From: Lingula anatina
Lineage: Eukaryota; Animalia; Brachiopoda
Direction of reading: 5' to 3'
Length of the DNA stretch: 64,000 bases
Assembly (NCBI GenBank): GCA_051362555.1
Contig: CM120644.1
Span: 18,746,534-18,810,533 of the forward strand
This document shows, piece after piece, positions 37,178 through 49,169 of the stretch (positions within the stretch are counted from its first letter, which is position 1; every line of letters begins with the position of its first letter). The notes under the pieces are model-generated. The model was not told where the DNA came from. It worked only from the letters and a program-made list of their open reading frames with translations, and did no database searches. A program made the position numbers and the translations under genes.

Positions 37178-38585
37178 TTAATGTGTCCAAAGTTGGGGTT
37201 GCCAAATTGCAGTTGAGAGTGGGTAAGTCTCTACCAAAAAGATCACCTTCAAAATTGAAGCAAACTCGTCCCTCTCCTGATCTGTTAAATAGAATCTTTC
37301 CCATAGGGAATTAGGGTGGAGGCTCTTTAAGTTCACATTACCCTGAACAAGAGTTTTAAGTTCTTCCCACTGGAGGTTTACATCATTTGCATTAACTGGA
37401 GGGTTTGTATTGGCCAACACTTGTTCAAAATGTCTGAGCAGTGTCTGGAGATCTTCTCGCCCAAAAGCAGTCAGATCATTGCGATTGTCTGGCCAGTTTC
37501 TTGGATCAAAGTTCTGAGCTGCCTTAAAAATATCAGTCCCACCAAGAATGTTTCCAAACTTTCTGTCCATTATTTGCAGTAGTGAGTTGATGATAATTTC
37601 TCTGTCTCAAACACTTCTGGCTGGAATACATTTCTAAGAGTTTGACCTTTGAACACAGCGCCATTTACATGTTGATAGAAAGACTCAAGGTAGGATCCAT
37701 TCACAGTCAGGAGAGATGTCAACATAAGCTGAACATGCTCACACTTCAGAACCACACTAGGAACAGTTATGTCATCTCTTTGAAATAAAAGGGACAACTG
37801 GGACATCTGGTCAAACACATCGAGGAGAAAATGCATGTAGAGGACCACTTTGTATTGAAGCAATCTGTTGTTGATTCCTCTGGCTTTTGCCTTGTCTTCT
37901 GCTCGATTTGTCATGTCAGAAGCATAGCTTTCTAGGTGAACAACAATAGATCTCCAGGTTTTTTCCAACTTTGCTAAGGCTTTTTGTTTATGCTCAACCC
38001 ACCTTGTCCCGTTTGCTCGTTCAGGCTTTCAATGAATACCTTACACTATTTGTCATTTCTGTAAGAGTCACCAATACTTACACCATTCCACTCAAGGAGG
38101 TCTAAGCATCTAGGAAATTCAACAAAAGGTTTTTGCGTAGAATGCAACATAGAACGCAGTCTTGAAAAGTTTCACCATCTTTTCCTCCACTGACTTTTCC
38201 ATATTCTGTAACCCTTTCAAAATGTCAGTTGGATGATTTGTTTCAACACGGTGTCTTGCCAACTTTGCTTCAACAGAATCTTGGTGGAATGTACTTTGAA
38301 AATTATGTTATGTTACTTGTACCAACAGCAAATGGGACTGTCTTGTCCTTACTAAACTGTTTACATACAGAGCACCAGATTTTTGAAACGATAAGGCCTT
38401 TGGAATCTTTTTCACACACCTCCCTAGTTTCAAAATCTATATATTTGCCATTTTCTTTGAATTCAGTTTTCCATTTCTGAACTGTACTTGGTCGAACAGC
38501 CATATTGACAGGAGTTTTCAGTGTTTTTGCCTTTTTTGAATTTGGCTCAGCAGCTCCAGCTTTGTCTGCCGATTGGTTTTCATCT
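37178..38585 (-). pseudogene. ZNF862-like hAT transposase fragments
   Basis: IWCSVCKQF..FAVGTSN, GTRWVEH, MHFLLDVFDQMSQLSLLFQ, FDPRNWP, YPLSTA. The catalytic centre is largely deleted. Confidence 0.78.
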
Positions 38586-38985
38586 GCAAAAATAGTAATC
38601 CGAGCGAAAGTTTTAAAAATCTGATAGAATTAGGGTAGATCTATAGATCTATATCAATCCTTCAAGGAGAATACAAGATATTTTCAAAATAACTCTTTTA
38701 TTTCAGAACAGATGTAGACTATATTTTAATGATATATTTAGAATCACCTTTTATAATTGTCTCAGTTAGACGATTCCAAAAAGTGGCCACAACATATGGT
38801 TTTATTGAGAAATGAAAAGTCACTATTTCAAAACCCATAGATCTATAGCACTGATACAATATAACTTCAAAATGGACTATAGTAAATTGACAAATCGATC
38901 AAGCAGTGCAGGAATACTGTATTGCTGCATATTCATGCACTTACACTAGTCATGCACTGCGAGCGCCACGAAAGGCAGAATAAAC

Positions 38986-39512
38986 GGTACTTTTGTAGTA
39001 TACCCCCCACCCTGTAACTTTCTGTAACTTTCACTTTTCAAACAGTTTTTTATATTTTCTTGTTCATCTATGTCAAAGCTGTTGAAATAAAATGCTTTTG
39101 TAATAACCTGTGGTCTTTTTATTTGTTGATGTGAGAATCTACAATTTACATCCGCAGTCAATAACTTGCCGGGTTTTCGTTGTCTAACTCTAAGGTAATT
39201 TTATGTGAACAAGTAGCTCAAAATAATTTCACAGAGAAAGTCCAATTATACAATGTAGCAATCTTATGTTCACTTGAAATTACCTTAGAGTTAGCCAACG
39301 AAAACGCGGCAAGTTATTGACTGCGGGTGCATTGTAGATTTTCACATTGTATTTCAATGGGCTGGATTAAACGTGATTAAAACTAATAAAAAGACCACAG
39401 GTAATTACAAAAGCATTTTATTTCAACAGCTTTAGCATAGATGAACAAGGCAATGTAAAAAAATGTTTGAAAAGTGAAAGTTACACGGTGGGGGGTATAC
39501 TACAAAAGTACC
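38986..39512. mobile_element. Merlin-like MITE with about 220-bp inverted arms
   Basis: GGTACTTTTGTAGTA...TACTACAAAAGTACC. 8-bp TSD GAATAAAC at 38978-38985 and 39513-39520. Confidence 0.8.
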
Positions 39513-41530
39513 GAATAAACGAAGCACGAGGATAAACCCTCAATAAATCTACTTCGACTGTTTTCTGCGTGTACGGAACGTAGATTTAGCTGCAATTTGT
39601 ATGAAACAAATGTCACATTTTATCTTGCTCAGTAAAAGTGCTCTCGCTCGGATTACAGGTAGCAGCCGATGGATATTTACGCTTCGGCGAACATAAGAAA
39701 TTCCGGATGTCCATGATTTGCTTTGGGCGGAAATGAGAAGCTGTGCACTGCGACTGCGCAAACTTTCGTAACCAATCGACAAATGCCGCCGCCGTATTAG
39801 AATAGTTCAATTTGCCGCGGATGTAACATAAACATTAGTCAGATCATTTGCATATTCGTAGTGCACATGCGCCTCAAACAGTTGCGATTATATAGGTCAC
39901 ATAACTATGTTTAGAACTTCGGAAAAACAAAATTTCATGGAGTAAACAAGTGGGAGGCAAGTAAAACATCGATCGCAAGTAAACTTTTAATAACTTTATT
40001 TTCAGTCTCCAAAATTTCTTGGAGGCAACTTTTTGCCACCGGCTTTCAGACCAGGGGGCAACTTGGTTAAACTAGGAGGCAAAACTGCCTCTTGCCACCG
40101 TTAATTTCGATCGCTGCTTGGTCATGTTTATGTGAAAACATCGGTTCATATTTATTAAATAATGTTTTCTTATATTCCGATATCCGTTCTTATCTTTAGA
40201 TGAAGACAATATTTATTTTCTTATTATTTTTCATTTATTTAGCATGATTTTATTTTATCTCACAATATTGCACCTTTTGAACTGTCCCGGTTTTTTTCGG
40301 GACAACTTTGGATGTCGATTCATGAAACGATTCCACCAGCCGTTTGACTCTGAAAAGTGCACATTCCTATTCTGACCAACAGCCATGGCAAATTTGCACA
40401 CCATGTCTTTGGTTAGTGGAAACCCCCAGTCACTCATTATAAGGCAGTAGTTGACTGGCGCTGCCTTATCAGAGTGACTGAGGGCCAACTTTCCATGACC
40501 ACCTCCCTTGAGAGCACCTGTGGTATATTTAAGAAAAGGCAAAGAAGAAGATACATTAAGATAGAGACAGATGAAATAAGAAGATTTAAAGATAAAACCT
40601 CCAGTAGAAGGCGCAAACCTAATAAATGATTGATAAGTTTAACACTGTGTCAGCTTCCGAGAGCCTTAGAGCACAAAAGATAATTAACCCCCTTACAGCT
40701 TTTAGTAGTCGGGACAGACATTTAAGCCGGTCAGACTGACAGCAATCTAGTGAGACTCTCCAGGGAGATAGATCGATCTAAATATATGTGGGAATGCAGT
40801 CTAGGGTAGCTATTTTGAATTTTTTATTTTTATCAGAAGAAAGATCAAACATGTCATTTGTATACCTGAAATACGATTATAAATAAGGGTCGTATTCAGC
40901 ATGTCAAACATACGTGCCACCTCTGATAATGAATAAGAGTCATCTCTCACGGCACTGATAGCAGCTTGTAAACACTCAGGATCATATAACTTTCTCTTCG
41001 GTATACTGAAATTCATTGTGCATGAACAAGGTCAGTAACAATATTTTTACTCATAATGTCCAATATAAAAAGTCAATATTAATTGCTATTTTGTGGGAAC
41101 AAATTTATTAAAGTGGCGTGGGTCTAATAGCGCTCAGAGCGTTCTTTAGTGGCAGTTTACAGTACACAGAAAGCACCCACTGCGATGGCCAAAATTGAAG
41201 CCTTTTTATGAGATCATGGAATACTTTAACTTGTTACTCGTGGATGTTTTGAAACAGGGTACGAAATAAGGGCCGACCGGCAGCCCGGGACGGCTCAATT
41301 ATCACCCGGGAGGTCTCCTTCCAAAAGTTGTCAGTCCGTCTGTCTGGCCATTTTCTGGCCTCTAAAATAATTGTATGTCAATATGCACGTTCATATTAAG
41401 CAGATTATGTTGAAATAAAACGAAAACAATGAAGCTCACCCTTCAAGAAATTGACACTCGAAACAAATAAACGAAAACCGAAAGTAGGTCATACATGTGT
41501 AGCGATTTGGGGTGAGTGCAGAAAAGTCAC

Positions 41531-41604
41531 CGACCAGACCAGGAATCGAACCCGGGACCCCTCGCTTACAGGGCAAGTGCTCTTACCTACTGAGCCACCC
41601 GGCC
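41531..41604 (-). ncRNA. tRNA-like Pol III unit inside the 3' LTR of the TRIM
   Basis: A box TGGCTCAGTAGG, B box GGTTCGATTCC; copy of 41724-41797. Confidence 0.7.
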
Positions 41605-41723
41605 GGTTCTACCTGCCCCTGGCACTACACTCCTCCCCCCCCCAAATGCCGAAAGACGCGAGTCCTATCTCGCAAGACCGCTGCCACCATTGTAGCGATT
41701 TGGTGTGAGTGCAGAAAAATCAC

Positions 41724-41797
41724 CAGCCAGACCAGGAATCGAACCCGGGACCCCTCGCTTACAGGGCGAGTGCTCTTACCTACTGAGCTACCCGGCC
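41724..41797 (-). ncRNA. tRNA-like (Thr/TGT-like) Pol III unit inside the 5' LTR of the TRIM
   Basis: GGCCGGGTAGCTCAGTAGGTAAGAGCA CTCGC CCTGTAA GCGAG GGGTCCCGGGTTCGATTCCTGGTCTGGCTG folds as a cloverleaf, has C rather than U at position 33, and is followed by TTTTT. Confidence 0.75.
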
Positions 41798-44700
41798 GGT
41801 TCTACCTGCCCCTGGCACTACACATGCTTGTTTTACCTTTTTACCCGTTGTTGCGGGTGTCAATCAATTTTATTCAACTGTCAACGATATATAACATCAA
41901 CTGGTAACAAATGGTACTGTGTATCGTCTTGCATCAAGTTACATCAAGTTATATCAACTTACATCAACTTTCATCAACTTTCAACGTGAAACTCGTTGCG
42001 AGAATCTGACGACTTGTCTAAAAAAGTTAACATGGCACGTGCTGGGCAAAAACTAAATACCATCAACACCGATACTACAATTGTGCTCAAGACACTACTA
42101 AATATAGCTACTTGTCAGTTACACCCGTCATGCCTTGCGCAAAGACCCTACACCGCCTTCACCGTGTTATGAAACGTCTGATACAAAGTATCAAACGCGG
42201 CATTTATACGCTTGTTTACGAGACAAATAACGAATGATGTGTGGTCATTCAAGTTCAGAACAACACAATCTTGTCTAATTACGCAGTTTAAGTTTTGATT
42301 CTTCTATAATCTGTAATTGTACGACATCTTTCTCATAAAAAAATTAAGTCACGACACACGTGGACTATACAAGATTCCGCAGTCGGGATCACCCCTGTTG
42401 CAGTTTACCCTCTGTAAGTATTTTGGTGCTTATAATGAATGTGATGCCCCAGCACGTAAGAAAAGATATCAGACAGTCAAATAAAGTGTATGATGACACC
42501 AAAGCAGGGCTCCATAGGTGAAAATTAAGTTCGGAAAAGTGAATTTTTCAGGGTGGGCTGTCAGACGGACACGTTATGTGAACTTAAGAACAATAATCTT
42601 GAAAAAGAAATTTTTGTTGCGTCTTCTCGTCTCCTCCTAGATGGCATTAAAAAAAGTGACCTACATTGGTACAAAACACATGTGGTCCCAAAACGAAGTC
42701 TTAGCAAACTTACCGCCAAGTTATGAAAGTGAACACCTTCCAGAACTTCACAAGACAAAATTTATTCACATAACAGGCTGACTACTGAATATTCATTTGT
42801 TTTAAAATCTACGTGCTCTAGTAATAAAGACCGTTCTTAAAATAGAAACTACACAAGTACTGGTACTGGGTACAACAGCCAGATCAGACTGGATGAACTG
42901 GATGTATCTAGTTTGTTGTCAAGGCAACATACTGCCTGTCAATCAAATGTGTTGCATACTATCCCCTCACAACCATTTGAAGTTGGAAAGTTGGGACTAA
43001 AGATCGTGTTGAAATGTTGTTTATTTGCATAACCTGAAATTTTGTAAGATGTTTTATTTAATGACTCTAACGGTAGCACCACCTGTGTTATTTACAGTTC
43101 AAAATTTAGTGCTGGAATTTTATAAATTAGCAATGCTATCAAAATTGTGATATTGGGGTAAGGAAGATAATTAATAAAAATATGAGAATTTAAATGAAAA
43201 ATAGGGGAAATTTTGACTGATTTTATTTAATTCATATATTAAAAAAAAGTCAAACACATGTTACCCCTAAAGACAGCAAATTGTTAAAATTAATATCAAT
43301 TTAAAAACTTTAATATTAGTGATATTTATATAAGTAAACTATTATACAATGGATATTCTTCAATTTTTAATGACATTTATTCAAATATAATAAATTTTGA
43401 ATATTTTAATAAAATAATATAACACTGCCCCCCCTCCTCCCCCCCCCCCCCCACCACCACCACCACCACCACCACCTGCTCATAGTATTTGAAACTTGGA
43501 TTCGATTGGCTTATATAAACTAGGTCAAACTATTTTCGTCAGAGGTAACTTGACACGATGAAGATAGGCTATAGTGAAGAGGTTAGTGTCAAGTTATCTC
43601 TGAAGCTCAGGGTGCTGTACCCCAACCCCTGGGAAAAGCCCCGATCAAAACCATGTTAAATCAGACTTCTATGCAAGATTAAATATTCAGGAGTTCACAA
43701 GTATAAAAAAACAATTTTATCTGAAAATAAATCCACTGCATTTTCCAGGCTTATTTGACAGAATATCTTGGTAATAAATACATTACATGTATGACTACAC
43801 AAATTTATGTTTATAAAGTTCACCGAGAGGTATGACTGGGAAAAAAATGGTTTTGTTGGACAGATTGGATTCAAAATAGGACACGTCAAATTTATCCACC
43901 TGTCCAAAGGACAGGTGCTCATTAAAGTTGGTGATTAGCCCTGCAAAAGGAAAAGATCAGTTGTGCCAATATGGAAAACTGAATTTCCCTGATTAATTTG
44001 TGATGAGACTGATAGTAAAAACGTCATTTGTAACAAGTGGGTTATGCAACTAGTCTCTGATTATGACAGTCACATGCAGTGAATCAGACTTCTGATTTGG
44101 GTTCAGAGCTTAACGTTTCAGATGCTGACAGCAAAGAATCTACTTGAATAAATTCACTTTGAGACTAAGAGTCCTTGTTTCAATATCGTTCTTGCCTGCA
44201 ATTGGTTTAATCAGGTAATTAAAAAAAAAAAAATCAGGACTGGCTACTTTTGGTCAGGGCTGGCTACTTTTCAAAGTTGCCAGCCCTGCTGTCCGGCTTC
44301 AAATTTATACGAATTTCATACCCTGTTTGAAAATGATTTCAATAAGCCGAGAACAAGAAACACAAACAATAAGAGATGAGACAAGTTAGGCTACAATACT
44401 TATAGCAATAACAGAGGGCCATGTTTACGTCCACAGCGACCAATGTATCTACCCGTAACCAGTATGAAAAAGTTAGAAATCGAGATTGGAAACTGACAAT
44501 AACAAGTGCAGACGAGAGCGGACGATCAACGTCTTTAAAACTTGCTTGAATAAACGTCTAAGTTCATTATTAATTTCATTAAATTTGAGAGCAACAAACT
44601 TTCAAACGCTAACACTTCTATTGTACCAGGTCATAACATGCGTTTGCATAGTGCGTTTGATACATTGTAGCAGATGCTTGAAACTTACGTGGCAACAGGG

Positions 44701-45399
44701 ATTTTTTAGGCTCTGCATGCTGGGTAAAAAGGGCAAACTTCCGGTTTTGTTCCATAATCCTGGGTGGGGGTCTAAAGAATTATCAAATATTTTTATGTAT
44801 TGTCATGTATTATATAATCAATAAAGCTCAAACTTTTATTTTTATTTAGTGCCTTTGTAATTTTTATTTTAGGTTGAAGTAACTGAAGATGATGCTACAA
44901 CCAAAGAAATCATAGAAAAAATGGATGAAGATGTAGACTAAGTTTTTGCCAGTAAATGTAGGTTGGCAATATATAGAAATGGATAAATGATGGCACACAT
45001 TATAGTTGTATATTAGTTTGAGCATTTAAATTTAATTAAAAAGCAGTTTGGAGCATTTGGTATATTATGAGCCAGCAGATGTCAGTATTTAGTTATTTTT
45101 CTTTTTCTTTTTCTTTTCTTTATTTTTTTCAAGATATTGGTTGAAAATTGTTCTGTGATGTTGATGTAGATGATGTGGCAAATCTGGAAAATTCTAGAAA
45201 TTTTAAAACCAACGAAATATTCTTGTAGTTGAAACATTCATAGACAGGAATTGTTTGGACACCATCATGATGTAGTGTATTTTTTTTCTTCCTTGTAAGT
45301 AAACTTCGTTGTGTTATGATTTGATTTTTACGTTATTATTATAATTATTATTATTATTATTATTATTATAAGTTGACTTACATTGGACCCCAATCCAGT

Positions 45400-45920
45400 C
45401 CATCTATGGATATAATACCAGTATGCATTTTTCTGAAATGTTTTTCTGATATGGTCTGTTGAGTGATATAATCAAAAATCCTCACATATGATTTAATCTG
45501 GCTCCTCCTTAGCTCCTTGGCTTAAAACAGAGCTTACTAGTAAAGTGGAATATGTTTTGGTGCTTATGAGGCTAACTTTGGGCAACAAAAGCTTACTTTT
45601 AAACTTGGCAACTTGTTTACTTAAAAACCCAGGTTTTCTGTCGGGATTTTCCTTCCCTTAGTCTCAGGCATAAAAACTTACCCTGAGATACAGAGCCAAT
45701 TTACCCATTAGGTAGAGGTTAGATTGGTGAGTGCCATAAGCATTATATCCCCACATTGGAGGGGGTAGCACTCTGGAATGACTGCAATTTGTGAACTTTG
45801 TTGAGAAGGGCGTTTAAGTGTTACATTTTCGATTATTCTTTCTGTCTTTGTTGGATGGTGCCTGTATTTTGACGTTGTGCAATCGATGCTGCCAATGCAC
45901 CCAGGAAAGCCATGCATCCT
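45400..45920 (-). pseudogene. Decayed HARBI1-like Harbinger transposase fragment
   Basis: GFPGCIGSIDCT motif (the FP..IGAIDCTH family motif); downstream sequence is frameshifted. Confidence 0.6.
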
Positions 45921-47086
45921 ATAAAACCCCCGTCTCTTCCGAGAACTACAGGCTCCAATTCTGCCCTCCTATGGTCACTTCTTCTTTCTTCCTTCTGTAT
46001 TCTAGGGGGGTTGGGGGTGTTCACACCACTGGAGTCTACTCCTACAAGAAGTATGTCTCTTCTGGGAACTACAGGCTTCATTTCTGCCCTTCTATACTCA
46101 CTTCTTTCTTCCCTCTGTTTCTCTCTTTGGTTTCTTTCTTCATCTCAACTTTTCGTCAACCTGTCTTGTGTTCCTTTGGTGGTAATGGGGTCCATGATTC
46201 CCTCTGGATCCTTCCTCATAGTTCTTCTCGGGGGCGTATGGACATCGTTAGGGCCAACTTCCACAATGAACATGTCGCTTCTAGGAAGTGTAGGCCAGGG
46301 CTCTTTTCTTCTATGGTCACTTCCCTTCTCTTGGTTGTTCTCTTTGGCTTCTCCTCTAGGTGTTTCTGCTCGTCAGCCTGTCTGGGTTTTCTCTAGCCAT
46401 TACATTTCTTCTTTCTGTGAATAGATAAGGTGCCAAGAAACTAATAGTTGATTGACAAACTTCAGTTACTCAACTATAAAGTGACCTAATCCTGCTTCAA
46501 TGCTCTTTCACATTTCAAATACCGAAAAGAATAATCACCCAACAAATGTAGGATTTTCATGATTGAATTCTCTCAGGGTCTCTTATTAAAATAAAACTAT
46601 TTACAATAAAATCAATGCAAAATAGTGTTAGGTTTTTCAAATTCCTTCTTCATGCTGTTTGGTACAGAATTCCAACATTCTCTATTGTTACAAGAGGATG
46701 CAGGGCAGGCCGAGTCCAAGCATTGCCACATCTGGCCTACTTCATATTTGCTCATGTGGCCAGATGTAGGCCCAGATCTGGAAATATCTGGCAAAGATAT
46801 GGCATGCCATATGTGGACCAGATGTGGGCCAGATCAAAATCAAAGGGGCCAGATTAAGGCCGGTTGTGGACCACATATGGACAAGATTGTTTTTTTTTTT
46901 TTTTTTTGGTTTTTGGTTTTTTTTTTTTTCAATAATATTTTTTAAAATTATTCAATAGATTACTATAAAAAAAACATACAAGATTTAAGTATTTTTTCTG
47001 TGCTACAAACCTAAACAAAATTATAACACATTACATAACCTTCCTGGCAAATGTGATTATGTCAGATATATGAAGCGCTTATATAT

Positions 47087-49165
47087 CGAAACGCGCGTGT
47101 CAGGGCACGACCCAGGATGCGACGTGGGAATAAGATGTTTAATCAGGGAAAGTATATCCCGGTCCTTCGAAAGAATAACAAAGACATGTGGTTGCATTTC
47201 AAAAATTATTATTTTCAACCCCCCCCCCCCCAAAAAAAAATGAATGCAATAAAACCCCTATCTTGGGAGATACATAGTGACCTAAGCCGTATAGTTCGTT
47301 ATAAAGTTGATTCAAATTGGAAGGTAGCGCAGCATACAGCGATATCTTACCATGACGACGCCTAGGATAGATGGCGACGACATCTTGCGCCTGGGGACGG
47401 CGTGGCGACTTCAACGGAACGCTACGCGTCTTCTGTTGATGTGTAGCGACAACTTCTTCTACCTGCAGACGGCGCGGCGACTTCTACAGAATGCAGCGCG
47501 TCCTATATTGATGCGTAGCCAAGACTAATTGCCCTTGGGGACGGTGCGGCGACTTCTACGGAACCTAGCCCGTCTTCTTTGGATGCGTAGCGACGTATTC
47601 TTGCGCCTGGGGATGGCTTGGCGACTTCTACGGAACGCAACGTGTCTTCTATTGATGTGTAGTGACTACTTCTTGTCCTCTGGAACGCGCCACAGTGAAT
47701 GCAGTTACGGGATTGCGCTGAGAAACTTGCCAGAAAGAGTACCCCTAGCTAAGTTAAAATTTACTAAGTTAAAAGTCTAAAACATGTTAAAAATTTCCCC
47801 AAAATTTCCCCACCCCGCCAGGTAGCCCACAGGCTACCCTCGGTCTGTCTCACTCACTTTTTATTGACTGTCTCTCTTGAAAGATCTTTCACTTTTTCTT
47901 TCTTCTTCCACCGCTTTCTTTAAACAGAAGTTGAAAGACGCCGCCTCACGACCTGCTGACACGTTATTTATAGCGACCGTGACGTCAGCTGGTGCAGGTC
48001 GCGAGGTCAGCTGCACAACGACTTGGCTTGAAGACGTTGTTGATTTTCTTCTGCACAAATTCATTTATTTATCTATTTATTGTATGGAATCATGGATTAC
48101 AGTAGGATGAAAACAGGATTGGAATCTGAAAACTTTAAGGACAACTGCGCTGGACCCTGGTTCGTTACATTGCTCCCGTCTTTTTGAAATTGATTCTCCC
48201 GAATCAAGATCAGCGGCTAACCCGAACCAACAGAAGACATAGTATCAAGGTTCAATAATTTAATGGTCATTTAAATTTCAATTAAAAATTTTAGTAATAG
48301 TATTCTTTTACTAGTTCGAATCGTCCATCAGGGTAAGCCATCCTTCTCACTATTATCAATCTCTTGTATCTCAGTGGCTCTTCATCATCAAATTTGATTT
48401 CATTGTCGTCTTCTTGGTCGTCTGTCCATTCTGCGGGAGATGACTTTGGGGGTTCCATGAATCTGATCTTTCCCACAGGAGCTGGGCTGCTATATGCCGT
48501 TTTGGCTATTGGCTTTAACTGGACTCCCTCGTCCTTGTGCTCTTCCCATTGATCTGGCAATGGTGGTTTAGGCGTCGACTCCTTTAAAGACGCCTCCTCC
48601 GGGGTGCCTTTCCTTTCACTTCAAGAGGGCTGCTCGCGTGCACAAGTTGCACAGTTGGCAAAGGATGTCACTTCTGCAGGTGTTTCTCCAAGTAGTTGTG
48701 ATCTATGAGTACTTTATGACACAGCTCACTGGAGGCGTGCACTTCTTTTTCGTGTTTTCTCTTCTTCTCTTTTCTAGAAAATGAGGCCTGGCACAATCTA
48801 CAGGTCAAGGGCACTGAAACATGACAGCATAGAATTTATATTTTAATTACATTTCCACCTAATAACACGCTTTCAAATTATCATAATGTACAACTTTAGG
48901 TGGACTTCTGGGATTCAGCCATATTTAGTAGATTTGGGCAGATATTCTCTCCATGACTTCATAGGGACCTAGCCACTTGGATTGAAGCTTTGGACTGACA
49001 CCCTTCTTATTAGTGAGATTGCAGTACCACACTAAGTCACCTCCTTGAACACGTCTCCGTTGACCCTCAAATCATAATTTTGTTTCTGAATTACAGCACT
49101 CTTCTCTTGCTTTTCTGTGGCTCTTCTCCATACTTCTGCCAGATTTTCTCGAAGATTGAATGCGG
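47087..49165 (-). mobile_element. 3' portion of Gypsy element D (same family as B): integrase tail, zinc-finger ORF, PPT and about 1.08-kb LTR (47087-48169)
   Basis: 48810-49160 aligns with 60700-61050. LTR edge CGTTACA at 48169 with the purine tract next to it. The left LTR part is homologous to 58205-58400. Confidence 0.85.
48291..48813 (-). pseudogene. Frameshifted C2H2 zinc-finger accessory ORF of Gypsy D
   Basis: LTCRLCQASFSRKEKRKHEKEVH.. and C-terminal PLRYKRLIIVRRMAYPDGRFELVKEYYY, homologous to 60166-60701. Confidence 0.75.
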
Positions 49166-49169
49166 ATTA

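Larger units (their letters stand above)
36892..40116 (-). mobile_element. ZNF862-like hAT (deleted/decayed) with a 7-bp TSD
   Basis: TIR CAGTGTTCGAAATTAAC / GTTAATTTCGATCGCTG. CTTGGTC at 36885-36891 and 40117-40123. Confidence 0.82.
35400..41016 (-). pseudogene. pogo/Tigger-like transposase relic (HTH_psq, CENP-B HTH, DDE_1, charged coiled-coil tail)
   Basis: RKLYDPECLQAAISAVR..S.SEVARMF (40810-41016); WGFPLTK..WWNRFMNRHPKLS (40255-40542); YNSDET, ECAN..G.LLPPMIIF.G, SGYVDS, ILIQDN..VH and QPMD..F (35891-36870). Frameshifted and split by a hAT. Confidence 0.85.
41498..41822 (-). mobile_element. 325-bp TRIM with tRNA-containing LTRs (Helenus-type)
   Basis: 132-bp LTRs TGTAG...CTACA at 41498-41629 and 41691-41822. 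TSD CATG. PBS TGGTGGCAGCGGT (tRNA-Leu type), PPT GGGGGGGGGAGGAG, 61-bp internal region. Confidence 0.92.

Noticed and set aside
41531-41797. Two tandem tRNA-Thr genes or a SINE dimer
   Set aside because: Both copies sit inside TG..CA direct repeats with a PBS, PPT and 4-bp TSD, and the anticodon loop lacks U33. An LTR element explains them better.
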